A stretch of 64,000 bases of DNA, from contig NC_043015.1 in NCBI RefSeq assembly GCF_006345805.1, forward strand, positions 12,834,001-12,898,000, written 5' to 3'. Source of the stretch: Octopus sinensis (lineage: Eukaryota). Below the pieces are notes generated by a model. That model saw only the letters and a list, made by a program, of their open reading frames with translations. It made no database searches and had not been told where the DNA came from. Positions within the stretch are counted from its first letter, which is position 1; each line of letters opens with the position of its first letter. The translations under genes were made by a program, and so were the position numbers. Positions 51,710 through 64,000 of this stretch are shown here, piece after piece.

Positions 51710-51915
51710 TTTTAATCTTATACTTGTTTCAGTCATTTGACTGTGGCAATGCTGGAACATTGCCATACAGGGTTTTTTAGTCGAAGAAATCGACCCTGGG
51801 TCTTATTCTTTTGAAGCCTAGCTCTTATTCTATTAGTCTCTTTTGCCGAACTGCTACATTACGTGGATGTAAACACACTAACATCAGTTGGAGGGGACAA
51901 ACACAGACACAAAAA
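51705..51915 (-). mobile_element. SINE family A 3' half (matching head at 53875-54030)
   Basis: Tail and body match family A and stop at the microsatellite position. Confidence 0.8.
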
Positions 51916-51918
51916 CAC

Positions 51919-52425
51919 CTACACCTCAACACCATTATGGCATCTGATGTGGCTTTTTAAACCAAACAATGTTCTGAAAACACCCACATAGATTGCACAT
52001 CCGATTTGGACCATCAAGAGCTGCAGATAAGTTCTGATCTTTGTGGATCTTAAAATGTCTTTTAAGGCCTCCGTTGGATTTGCAAACCTTCTGGCATACA
52101 CTGCATTCAAAGGTGTGCATAGACATATAGGCTGAATAGCTGGTGAAGGTTCGTTTTGCATATGTTCGCAGATGGGATTTGAGCCCAGCAAAAGACAGAT
52201 ATGGTGTGTTACAGAATGTGCACACTAAAAGGTCATTGTCATTCACCTTCTTGATCGTTACATTCTTCCTTAGATCACTTTTGAGTCTTACATGCATTAT
52301 CCTGGCCTCTTTAAATGCTTTCACCCCACTCCACACTTTTGCTTGCCATCCAACTCAATCCAAAGCAAAGGTTTCTGACTTGTAGATCCATTCCAAGTGA
52401 CTTCATAGTAGTCTTTATGCCATCC
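51919..52425 (-). mobile_element. RTE (BovB-like) LINE C-terminus with three tandem C2H2 zinc fingers
   Basis: [15 protein letters not shown] and WSGVKAFKEAR, then CTFC...GLKSHLRTY, CSVC...GLKRHFKIH and CNLC/(frameshift)...GLKSHIRCH. Confidence 0.75.
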
Positions 52426-52429
52426 TTAA

Positions 52430-52916
52430 ATACATATATACATCTATATATAATACACAGATATACATATATATACACACATATATACATATATATATAC
52501 ATGTAGAAATATATATACATATATACATACATATATATATATATACATGCAGACATATATATACATATATACATACATATATATACACCTATATACACAT
52601 ATATACACACATATACATACATATATACACACATATACATACATATATACACACATATACACACATATACATACATATATACACACATATACATACATAT
52701 ATACACACATATACATACATATATACACACATATACATACATATATACACATATACATATATATATCTATACATATAAATATATACATACATATATATAC
52801 ACATATACATACATATATACACACATATACATACATATATATACACACATATACATACATATATACACACATATACATACATATATACACATATACATAT
52901 CTATACATATAAATAT
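52430..52916. repeat. (TA/CA)n array with a higher-order unit of about 22 bp (atatacatacatatatacacac)
   Basis: Read directly from the sequence. Confidence 0.9.
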
Positions 52917-53225
52917 ATAAAAACACCATCCGAGCGTGGCCGTTCGCCAGCCTCGTCTGGCACCTGTGTCGGTGGCACATAAAAACACCATCCGAGCGTG
53001 GCCGTTCGCCAGCCTCGTCTGGCACCTGTGTCGGTGGCACATAAAATCACCCACTACACTCTCGGAGTGGTTGGCGTTAGGAAGGGCATCCAGCTGTAGA
53101 AACACTGCCAGATCTGACTGGCCTGGTGCAGCCTTCGGGCTCCCCAGACCCCAGTTGAACCGTCCAACCCATGCTAGCATGGAAAGCGGACGTTAAATGA
53201 TGATGATGATGATGATGATGATGAT
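52917..53225 (+). mobile_element. Young RTE 3' UTR copy with two identical 62-bp units and an (ATG)n tail
   Basis: Unit starts at 52918, 52980 and 53042; CpG-rich. Confidence 0.9.
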
Positions 53226-53506
53226 ATACATATGTATACATATAAATATATACATATATATACATATAAATATATCTATCTATCCGCTCAATTAAAGTCG
53301 ACTCTCGGTTACTCGATGGATCAGTGTTCTCCAGCAAGTTCTATCCTAGGTCACTTTTTCAGACTGGCTATGGCCATTCCCGTGTCATATATGTATATAC
53401 AGATACATACATATATATATATATATATCAATAATAATAATATGATAACAAAAGAATGAATGAGACCTCGATATTATGTAAAATAGAAGAAATACCTATT
53501 AATATA

Positions 53507-53726
53507 ATATGTGACAATTAGTTTGGTTGTCATAATAAAACTCAGATATTCAGATCCTGGGGCTGAAGCCTGCTCCAGCATCTCATAGCTATTCAGACAA
53601 AAATGCTATATATACATACATATATATTATATATATATATATATACATACATATATAGCGTTTTTGTCTTCAGCATTGGCATCTGAAACTGAGTTTTATT
53701 ATGACAATCAACTAATTGTCACATAT
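53507..53726. repeat. Foldback element: imperfect inverted arms around a central (TA)n
   Basis: atatgtgacaattagtt(t)g(g/a)ttgtcataataaaactcag at 53507 mirrors 53681-53726. agacaaaaa(t/c)gctatata is also mirrored. Confidence 0.85.
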
Positions 53727-53759
53727 ATTTATAGACATATATATATACTCATATATATA

Positions 53760-53801
<42 letters not shown>

Positions 53802-53823
53802 GTTGATGTTTTTTATCATGAGG

Positions 53824-53859
<36 letters not shown>

Positions 53860-53874
53860 CTATATATATATTAC

Positions 53875-54030
53875 AATAGGCTTCTTTCAGTTTCTGTTTA
53901 CGAAATCCACTCACATGGATTTGGTCATTCCAAGTCTATCAAAGAAGACAGTTGCCCAAGGTTACACAAAGTGGGACTGAACCTGGAACCATGTGGCTGG
54001 GAAGCAGGCTTCTTACCACACAGCCATGCC
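53875..54030 (-). mobile_element. Family A/B SINE head
   Basis: ggcttctttcagtttctgtttac ... gtgggactgaacctggaaccatgtgg ... accacacagcc. Confidence 0.85.
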
Positions 54031-56113
54031 TCTGTGTGTGTGTGTGTGTGTGTACCAAATTAATAAATAAAACATATGCATATATATACACATATATGTA
54101 CATACCTACATCTACATGTATATATACATGCATATATGGGTACAGGACACCAAAAAAACGTTGAACACAATGAGAAACGAAAACATAAACACAAAACCAA
54201 GGAACTGGACATTTTTCTTAAACAACGAAAAAATAGAGTACAGGACAAATAACACAAGGAAAATTCCCCTTCTTCAGTCGCCATAGATATATGAATATTG
54301 AATTTGAGTTTTATATTAAAGCATGTGTGGTGAAACAAGAGTGCTTGGCAATCTTCATCACAACATTTTATAGGGGTGGTTTCACAACTACCAGCTGTAT
54401 CACACCCTTCACTATCACTATCCCTCCAAATGAATAACAGGCATCAGTAGCAGCAGCAGCAATAGTAACAGCCTTTTTTTCTTCTGTTTAATGCTATGTC
54501 ATTGCTTTTCTTTTTTTTAATTTCTTTTTTTTGTTTATACCTTACCCTAGTATAGATTAATGATTAAGAGCATGAGTCACAGTGAAAAGCAGCAGTGGCA
54601 ACTGTGTAGCAAGAAGAGTTGGGTTCCATTGAACCAGTTGCAAGCACTGACATACACTGAACAGTTAATTTTTATACAAAATTTTGCTCTTGTTCTATCA
54701 CTAAGCATTACCCTATCAGCTACATTGAAAATAAGAACTATATGTCAGCAAGCTAACAATGGCTTATCATCTACACATAAATGCATATATACACATATGT
54801 ACAGATGTATATGTGTGTGTATATGTGTATGCACTCATGTACATAAACACACATAGATATCTATGTATAAATACATATACACACACACATACATCTGCAT
54901 ATTGATATCTGTATAATTTATATAAATATATACACATACATAAATATATACACACATAAATATATATATATATATATATTTATATATGTATGTATGTATG
55001 TATGTATATATATATACACACACACACACACACATACATATCTATGCATAAATACATACACACACACACAAACAAACATGCACATACATATCCATGTATA
55101 TATATATATAATATATATATATATATGGCGGTGCCCCAGCATGGCCACAGCTCGTGAGCTGAAACTAGATAAAATAAAAAATAAAATAAAATAAAAAAAT
55201 ATATTTATATTTATGCTTGAAACTTAAAAGACATTTACTTCTATTTTTTCTGAGTGTAAACATAATATATTCATTTTTTTTTTACCTTGTCTTTGAAAAT
55301 ATGCAATCAACATCATTAGCTGTTCAGAGCTGAGTGATTCAGCATCAACTTATAGCTTTCTCAGAGCTTCTGAAAATGGAGGCTATAACGAAGATCATGA
55401 AGTTGATTACATAATCCCTGTTCCCTTGTCATTTATTTAATTTCACACATGTGTATATACGCACACATATAAATATACACATATATATAACTACACACAC
55501 AGACACGCACCTATGCATATGTATATATACATGCATATAAACACATATGCACACATATATATGCATATATATATATACATACATACACATATATACACAT
55601 ATGCACACACACATGGCTGGGTGGTATGAAACTTGCTTCCTTAACATATGGTTCCTAGTTCAGTCCCACTGCATGCCATTTGGGGCATGTATCTTCTGCT
55701 ATAGTCTTAGGCTAGCCAAAGCCTTTTCAGTGTATTTGGTACAAAGAAACTTGAAGAAGCCTCCATTATAAATATCTAATTTTCAATTGGCCTGTTGGCT
55801 GTTAGCAATGGCAGTGGGTGACTAGTTGCTGTTTCTCTCCACATTGGTGGAAAAAGGATATGGTCAGCATGCAATATTGACAGATACCAGTTGCTGATGA
55901 AGTGCAAAACACTGACTAGAACAAGTAAAAGACAAAACATACACACACACACACACATACACACACACATATATACACAAATATATGTATACATACATAC
56001 ATATATATATATACACACACACACATATATATATACATATATACATATATATATACATATACACACACATATATACACATATACACACACATATATATAC
56101 ACATATAGATATA

Positions 56114-56163
<50 letters not shown>

Positions 56164-56187
56164 TACACACACACACATATATACATA

Positions 56188-56830
56188 TACCTGGGTATTG
56201 ACATGTGATGATATCTCTTTCCAAGTGCACATTACCAGCATGGCAACAAAGTGCAGACGACTGGCTGGATAGATCCTGAGAACATTCAGAACCAGAGAAA
56301 AGGAAACTATGATGGTCCAGCTACGGTCACCCAACAGCTGACCTTGAAGCTATCCAGCGAAGCTTCACAAAGAAGATCATCTCATTGCAACAGCACAGCT
56401 ACTGGGAAAGGGTGAAACAGATAAAACTCTACTCCCTGGAGCAAAGGCAGGAGAGGTATGCAGTAATATACATCTGGAAGATCCTGGAAGGAATTGTGCT
56501 AAATTCTGGCACTGAAAGCTACACCAATGCCAGAACAGGTCGACACTGCAGAGTGCCAAAGATCCCAGCAATGGCATCATGCTTCAGGACCAGTTACTGC
56601 AACAGCCTGGGTTTCAGGAGCCCACAGCTTTGTAATATTTTCCAAAGAGCCTGAGGGACCTACACAAAGTGGATGTATGTGTTTTGAAATCAAAACTGGA
56701 CTTCTTCCTATCGAGAGTCCCAGATGAACCTACTTCACAGCAAGAGGTGCAAATGAGGGTAGCAACATCAAACTCCATTCTTCACCAAGTGCCATATATT
56801 AGAGGAGGCTCTCAGTAATAACAGTGTAGC
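56188..56830 (+). mobile_element. CR1-group LINE, 5'-truncated C-terminal relic
   Basis: YLGIDM, LEAIQRSFTKKI, SYWERVKQIKLYSLEQRQERYAVIYIWKILEG, KSKLDFFL and VPDEP. Confidence 0.88.
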
Positions 56831-56929
56831 AAAATGGCATTTTTCCAGTTAAAATTTTTCGATGATAGTAGATAAATTTTTGATTCCAGAACTAAACAAG
56901 TGTCTTCCAATACAATGAACTCATACTTT

Positions 56930-57653
56930 GAATGCATAAAATTACTAAAAAATGAAAACAAACTTCCACACCACCTACAGTTATTTACTTTGAATTGCTA
57001 TTATCTCATATGTGAATAGCCTGTTATTACATAACATGCTTCATGATTTTAGTATACATATCTTGTTAGTATTTCCTCCTAAGTTCTATATACTCTGCGA
57101 ACGATATATTTACGCAAATTATCCAGTACAACTCTTAAAGAAGTAAATAGTATTTTCCTAAACAATAGATCCACTTATTTCGGTTAGTGACTTATTCACG
57201 AATATACCAACACTCGTGCCTCTGAGGGTAATATTCTGTGAATGCACAAAAGCCTTTTTCAGAGTTATTATCTCATGTGATTAGCCTGTTATTATGTAAC
57301 ATACTTCATGATTTTTGTATACATACCTTATTAGTGTTTCTTCCTAAGTTCTATATACTCTGGGAATGCATTAAAGCCCTTTTCAGGGGTACTTTATTTG
57401 AATTCTTACTATCGGGTGACTAATTTCATGTTATCACATAACCGACTTCACAATTTGGGTATACATAACTTATTGGGAATTCCTAAAAACAAGATCCTGT
57501 GTAAGACAGGTCGGTATTCTCTGTAAATGCACAAAAACCATTTTAAGGGCTACGTACTTTGCATTGTTGTTATTGGGTTAGCGAAACAATTATGAGAATG
57601 GAACCAAGGGATAAGCTGTGCCTTCCCCGGGAATTACCAGGTATGTCAGCTAG
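56930..57653 (+). mobile_element. Probable non-autonomous Helitron-like element with a direct repeat of about 100 bp (56997-57100, 57264-57366)
   Basis: 3' end ccccgggaattaccaggtatgtcagCTAG|T resembles the other Helitron ends in the window. The 5' end was not found. Confidence 0.5.
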
Positions 57654-57701
<48 letters not shown>

Positions 57702-58074
57702 TATATATACATATATATATACACATACATATATATAAACGTGCATGCTTGTAATGAAACACTAATTAAGTAGATAATAAACTCTAAATTATCAATTTGA
57801 AGACCACTTTTAAGTGAGAAACCCTGACCAGAGTCACCTTTTATAAACATCCAATTATTAAAGCAGAAAAATTACCAGAAAAGCCATTTCTATATATACG
57901 GATTTTTGTCAGTGAACAGGTCGCGGATTTTAGCAACAAAAATATTTTGACAAATTAAACTTAAATATTGAAGTGAATCGAACGGCTTTTGTGTGTTTCT
58001 TAAATGGCTTACAAACACCTACGCTGCAATTATTCATTTCTATATATTTTTTCAATTATATAAATATATATATA

Positions 58075-58243
58075 CGCTGGAGTGACTGTGTGGTAAGTAC
58101 CTTGCTTACCAGCCACATGGTCCCAGGTTTAGTCCCACTGTGTAGCACCTTGGGCAAGTGTCTTCTACTACAGCCTTGGGCCAACCAAAGCTTTGTGAGT
58201 GGATTTGGTAGATGGAAACTGAAAGAAGCCTGTTGTGTGTGTG

Positions 58244-58294
<51 letters not shown>

Positions 58295-58518
58295 GAATGA
58301 ATGAATGAATGTGTGTATATATGTTTGTCCCCCCGAACATTGTTTCACAACTGATGCTGGCACATTTACATCCTATAACTTAGCGGTTTGGCAAAAGAGA
58401 AAAAGAGACCAATAGAATAAGTACTAGGCTTACAAAGAATAAGTCCTTGGGTCGATTTGCTCAACTAAAGGCATTGCTCCACCACAGTCAAACAACTGAA
58501 ACAAGTAAAAGTTAAAAG
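58075..58518 (+). mobile_element. SINE family A, full length
   Basis: Head, microsatellite and tail are all present. Confidence 0.88.
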
Positions 58519-58559
58519 TATATGTGTGTGTGTGCTTATAAATTGTTTACTTTTTCATG

Positions 58560-58740
58560 TTTGTATGAGTTGGATGGAATTCACTGAGACAGATTTCCTA
58601 TGGCCAGATGCTCTTCCTGTCGCCAACCTGCACCTGCAGGGTAATATGTCCCCATGGCTACACATGTTTTCACAGAATACTGGAAATGAATTGCTTATAT
58701 GACAGAGATAATCATTTTACAGCTATCCTGTGGTGTAAAG
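58560..58740 (-). mobile_element. SINE family B body fragment
   Basis: gatgctcttcctgtcgccaacctgcacctg ... ccccatggc ... acatgttttcacaga. Confidence 0.7.
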
Positions 58741-58849
58741 AGAAAGGGACACAAGCATAGACAGTCTCTCTCACACACACACCATTTAATGTAAACAGTA
58801 TTAAAATAAGAGCTACTAATAGTTCCTTGCCATGGAAACACTGTAATGA

Positions 58850-59707
58850 GGTAATGTAAGTGTGCATACTCGACAGGGTGTAAGCACCCTCAAAGAAAGG
58901 TTGGAATTAAGAAGCATCCAATGTGGTGTGCAAGAGAGACGACTGCACTGGTATGCTCATGTGTTGTGAACGAATGAGGACAGCTGTGTGAGAAAGTGTC
59001 ACACTCTAGTAGTTGAGAGAACCTGTGGAAGAGGTAGACCCAGAGAGACTTGGGATGAGGTGGTGAAGCACGACCTTTGAACATTGGGCCTTACCGAGGC
59101 AATGACTAGTAACCAAGACCTTTGGAGATATGCTGTGCTTGAGAAGAGCTGACAAACCAAATGAGACATAGCCCGTGGCCTATGCCAGTGGGTGTAACCA
59201 GCCCACTTATGAATACCCCTCATTCATTGGACAATAAACTAAACTTGCAATGACCTATTGAGGTAAGTGAAATCAAATCAAAATCGCTGACGTGGCAGAT
59301 GACAGTACCGCCTGATTGGCACTTGGGCCAGTGGAACATTAAAAGCACATCTGAGTGTGATCGTTGCCAGGGCTACGAATTGGCTCCCATGCCAGTGGCA
59401 TGTAAAAAGCACTATTCAAGTGTGATCATTGCCAGTATCACCTTACTGGCTCACGTGCAGGTAGCACGTAAAAAACACCTTTTGAGCGTGGTCACTGCCA
59501 GACCTGTCTCACTGGCCCTCGTGCCGGTGGCCCTTAAAAGTACCCACTACACTTTTGGAGTGATTGATGTTAGGAAAGGCACCCAGCAGTAGAAACTTTG
59601 CCAGATCAGATTGATCCTGGTGCAGCCTTCTGGCTCACCAGTCCTAAGTCAAACTGTCCAACCCATGCTAGCATGGAAAGTGGATGTTAAACGATGATGA
59701 TGATGAT
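58850..59707 (+). mobile_element. RTE LINE, 5'-truncated: ORF end plus complete 3' UTR and (ATG)n tail
   Basis: VQERRLHWYAHV, CGRGRPRETWDEVVKHDL and LWRYAVLEK, then a UTR with four tandem units of about 62 bp. Confidence 0.92.
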
Positions 59708-59857
59708 ATATACAGACAGATATTTATTAATGATTGTTTTTGTGTCAGGTTAGATTTAAATACAATTTAAGATGAAGCTGAAGGATTACTCAATAGTTTT
59801 TTAATAGAGCAGTTTACAAGGGTAAGTTGACTGACCTCAATGCTTTAGCTTGTACAC

Positions 59858-59915
59858 ACATTCAAACTCTCTGATGATGGCTAGCAAGCTGAAACTTCCA
59901 AGTCACTGTGAATGT
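59858..59915 (+). ncRNA. Type I hammerhead ribozyme-like motif, second family
   Basis: CTGATGA-t-ggct-agca-agct-GAAA-ctt-cc-aag-TC with NUH = GUC (59902-59904). Distal stem I acattca/tgaatgt is perfect, but proximal stem I is mismatched. Confidence 0.55.
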
Positions 59916-61849
59916 TTTCCTTGTAAATATTCACACGTATACACACACACACACACACTATAGTGAAGAACTCTTTCTCTCTCTCTGCAAGTTTCTATAG
60001 ACGCTTTATAGATGCAATAGAGTCAATTTGATTGGAGCGAATTTCATTTGTTAACAAGATCAAAATTTGTACACATGGCAAGTGCTCTGACTTCATGGCA
60101 TTAGTAACTGAAACAATTTATAGCTAAGTGTAGCATAAAAGTCTACATTTGATAATGATTGTAATTTGAATTCATATCCACAAAATTTGATTTCCCACTT
60201 TAAATAAAATCCTTTAATTTGATGTGTGTGTATGTGTGTGTGAGAAGGGGGATAGAGAAAAAAAGAGAGTGCATGATAGCAAGAAAGAAAAAGAAATAGA
60301 GAGCAAGTTGGAATGGAAAAGCTCAGAAGAGAAAGACTCAAAACAGCAAAACTTTTAATGAGAAGTAGAAAGAGAGATAGACCACTAAAACATAAATACT
60401 CAACACTTTAGTGGTAATGGAGATGATGATGATAGCTACATACAAAAGAAGCAAAGTTGAGAAAGTGGACATACAAACTTCTTAAAGACAGATTGAAATT
60501 CATTCATCCTCTCTGAATGTGAGAAAACTTCAGATTTTCAACTTGGCAATGAAATGATAAATCAAGTTGACAACACAGCTGTATATATAGATAAAGTCAG
60601 TTGACTTTATTTATATAGCTAATCTTTTTGAAACAAATATGAATATCTCAACATTTTCTTCCTCATCTTTGATCAAATCTGAGGCCATATCTTCCTGTAA
60701 GAACTCATGTACATATAAAAATGATATAAACAATCATTTAGAAGTTGACTACACATAAAATCAATACTAATTTAATAAAAGATAAAAACTAACACACACT
60801 AAAAGCAAGTTTACAATCTCAAGGACCCAGGAGCCAGTATCCACTTAGCTGTTACATTTCTTCAAAATATAACTTATGAGTTGGAAAATAGTTTAGAGGC
60901 TGGTTAATCCTTTTGGTATCCACCTGCTTAAGAGTGCCCCTGGTTCTATGATACAAATTTCCTGTTTTAAAATTATCTAAATGGAAACCTTCCACAAAAA
61001 ATTCCTGCTAATTTATGTTCTAAGTACCAGTTATTTTACTAAATTTTTCATAATTTTCAAAAATAATTGAAATGAAAGCAGGGTATTACATCAGAAAGAT
61101 AGTAATAAAAAGATTAAGGATTTTCAGACAATCTCTGCCTGAAAGTATTGTTCTGATAAATTAACAGAAGTTTAGTTTGAGAAAAATTCATTTCTTTTTC
61201 TCTCTCTCTCACATGGGGTCATGCATAGACAGATACATATGCTATAATAGAAATTACATTACACAAAGGGAAAGTACCCTTTCCTTGATTTATATAGTCT
61301 CCAACACTGATGACATCATTAGTGAAACTCCAAATAGCAATTTTACTAACCTTGGTGACTACACACTGGTATGAAATAGAGAGATGTACATAAAACTTGG
61401 TAGTAAAACTATTTAATCACTGAGAGTGCACAATGATTCAGTAGGTAGTAAGTGCTATGACACTATATTTATGCCAATCCAACCTTCTGTTTGACAAATA
61501 TACCACACAAAGACAATATGAAATATTTACCATAAGTTACCTTACAGAACAAGCTAAGTAAGTATTTACTTCACCAAGCACTTTTGAATTAAACAGTTAC
61601 TCGTTAAACCCACAATAAATAACAGTTGTTGATAGCATGTGTGGGTAATATAGAAATCAACCAAGAACTGGCAAAGGGAAAGAGCAGTTACTTTATATAT
61701 CAATGTGAAATAATAATTAATCATAGAAAGGTTGTGGAAAACAAAGTTCTATTAGGGAAATATAAGTTAGGCTGCTTAAATACATGTCGAAGCTGTATGG
61801 GATGTAGGATCCCATACACACAGAAGTGTTAACAGCAGCAGGGGCATCA

Positions 61850-61945
61850 TTATCATTGATTTTAATGTTCACTTTTCCATGCTTGCATGGGTTGGACAAA
61901 GTTTAAGATAGCAGATTTTCTATGACCAGATGTTTCTTGCTGCCA
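61850..61945 (-). mobile_element. RTE-type tail fragment
   Basis: ttaatgttcacttttccatgcttgcatgggttggac. Confidence 0.7.
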
Positions 61946-63194
61946 TTTGGTCTCAAGTATCTGGTTAAAACTATGTCTTAATAACATATTTGTTGAACTC
62001 ATACTAGCTTGGGAAAAAAGGACTTAAAACAAACAAATGAATGGATGAAAAACAATTTAATCATTGTAAATTTTTTTATCAAAATTATGAATGAATGAAT
62101 AAAACAAATGACACATTTACTGAGATCTAAACCAAGTTCAGAACAGATGCTAGCTGTTAAATTATTATTTCTCACCAACAAATTATTTGTTGCAATTTAT
62201 GAATAATATAAAACTAATTAAAAAGGAATATCAACCATCTCTTTCTAAAACAGACGTAATAAACATTCTTCAACAATGTTTACCTCTCATTGATATGGAC
62301 ATGGCCTGAATGAAGTAAAATCATCATACTGGGCTGACTGTGTTTGCTTACTTTACTAAGGTATTTTATGTTAATTGTTCACATCATAAAAATCATATAC
62401 AAAGTAAGTTGGTTAGAAGTTATTTAGATTTCTATGTACAGCTTAAGTTCATCTGATATATTAAATGGTACTTTCGAAATGTCAGCATAAATGCTATTCA
62501 TTTTAAAATTAGAAGTTTTGGAAGTGATAGTGTTTGTTAGATTCTCTTAGGAAACCCTAAGTAATTGGTTTCTTTTCAGACTGTTTTGATACCAACCTAA
62601 TTTGATGATACAAAACCTCTTGTTTAAAAAGCCTATATTCAAATTAGAATATTTCATTATAATTTTATGAAGGAACATTTTCTTAACCTATGTTCTAAAT
62701 ATCAAGTTAATAATGAAGAAAAATAAGCTGTTTATTAAATCCATCCAAGTTCTTGATTATTTTCAAAATTAATTAAAGTATTGTATTTTATTGGAAATAT
62801 GAAAATGAAACTGCACCAAATATATGAGCAATATTTTTGATTTATCTAAGATTTTGTCAATCACCCTGGAAAACAATGTTATACTGACCTTGATAAAATT
62901 CATCTAATTATTGGCCTGGCAAGAATCAGAGGTTAATTTAGCGGTTAAAATGAATATGATTAGCTAATATGAAGGAAGTAAAAAAAAGTAAATGCTACTG
63001 TAAATGGTGTACAATATCTATTATCATTATTATTATTATTATTATTAAAAACAGGGAAACAATAAAATGATCAGTTGCCATGCAGTTAACAATAACAAAC
63101 AAACAAAAAAAAAACACATGGGCTTCTTTCCTGTTTCCATATCCTTTCTTTGGGAGCAGGGATGTTTAAATCTATGAGTGTGTACATGCATATG

Positions 63195-63420
63195 TTCCTC
63201 TTCACCACCACCATTGTTTACCATCCATTTTACATATTGGCATAGGTTGGGTAGTTTGACAGGAGCTGATGAGCCAGTGGATTGTGCTAAGCTAAAATGT
63301 CATCTTTGACATGATTTCTATGGATGAATGCACTTACAAATGCCAACCACTTATGTCACAGAAAGTACTGAGTGCTTTTTACATGGTACTGGCAGTAGTG
63401 AGGTCACCAAGTTAGATGCA
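63195..63420 (-). mobile_element. Diverged RTE 3' UTR fragment
   Basis: ataggttgggtagtttgacagg ... tttctatggatgaatgc ... aatgccaaccact ... gtgcttttacatgg. Confidence 0.65.
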
Positions 63421-63704
63421 ATGCAAAACCCCTCGACTGAGGAAGGGGAGATGTAACATAAATAAATAAATAAATACACATACACTTATACTTATGCCAG
63501 ATTGCTCACTACTAATGGTGACATGTAATCCAGCACAACCTTTGCATGGTCAAGTCATTGACCATGGATCAGCTGCAGCAATCCAATGCATTCAAATCAG
63601 AAGAGCTAGGAAATCACCTGATAGCTTTTCATGTCTTGCTCAGCATGAACTTTTGAGTTCATCTTTAATTTTCATCCTTTCAAGATCGATGAAAAGTAAC
63701 CAAT

Positions 63705-63810
63705 CCAAGGTGGCAGAATGGTGGAACAGAGAATGTCAAACCAGATGCTTTGCACTGTTTGTTCCAACTCTTTGTGTTCTGAGTTCAAATCTTGCCATGG
63801 CCTACCTGAG
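63705..63810 (+). mobile_element. Head of a Nin/Deu-like SINE
   Basis: ggtggcagaatggt ... gttctgagttcaaatcttgcc, similar to the head at 15790-15870. Confidence 0.55.
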
Positions 63811-64000
63811 TGGTAGACTTAATCCACCCAGCACCTTGTATGCCTTTAGCAGACCTCACCTGCTCAAAACATTCAGGCCACTTTTATAGTTTGAAGATAT
63901 CTTTTTATCAGGCTCAGATAACCTATAATGGGTTATGCATAGTGACTTCTCTCCAGATTAAAACCTAAAAATAAATATGTGTGTGTGCACACATGCATGC

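Noticed and set aside
52311-53040. Long YIYT/VYMC-rich ORFs (also at 54767-56334 and elsewhere)
   Set aside because: They are TA/CA microsatellite read-through and have no protein character.
55890-55930. CTGATGA-agtg-caaaa-cact hammerhead-like start
   Set aside because: It is followed by GACT instead of GAAA, and there is no stem I.
59300-59560. Repeat-spacer look resembling a CRISPR array
   Set aside because: The units are tandem homologues along their whole length inside a eukaryotic LINE 3' UTR, and there are no cas genes.

Overview
This is AT-rich, microsatellite-dense eukaryotic DNA. The SINE families look like those abundant in octopus genomes, so a cephalopod source is likely (inference, recognised from memory). 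No host protein-coding gene, tRNA, rRNA or CRISPR array could be supported, and most ORF-track entries are translations of microsatellites or SINEs. The window is a layered transposon landscape: several tRNA-headed SINE families with modular bodies; RTE, CR1 and R4/Dong-like LINE relics; Helitron deletion derivatives; a piggyBac deletion derivative with perfect ends; and hAT, pogo and mariner relics. The most interesting signal is a set of type I hammerhead-ribozyme motifs. A near-canonical one lies at 42580-42620, with a decayed tandem copy at 43414-43505. A second family lies at 59858-59915 and a decayed third at about 13463. Two of the three families (42.5 kb and 13.4 kb) sit in direct-plus-inverted repeat structures typical of Penelope-like elements or retrozymes. 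Other observations include SINEs split at their internal microsatellite by nested insertions, a 50-bp templated insertion, a 40-bp micro-inversion and an RTE C-terminus with three C2H2 fingers.
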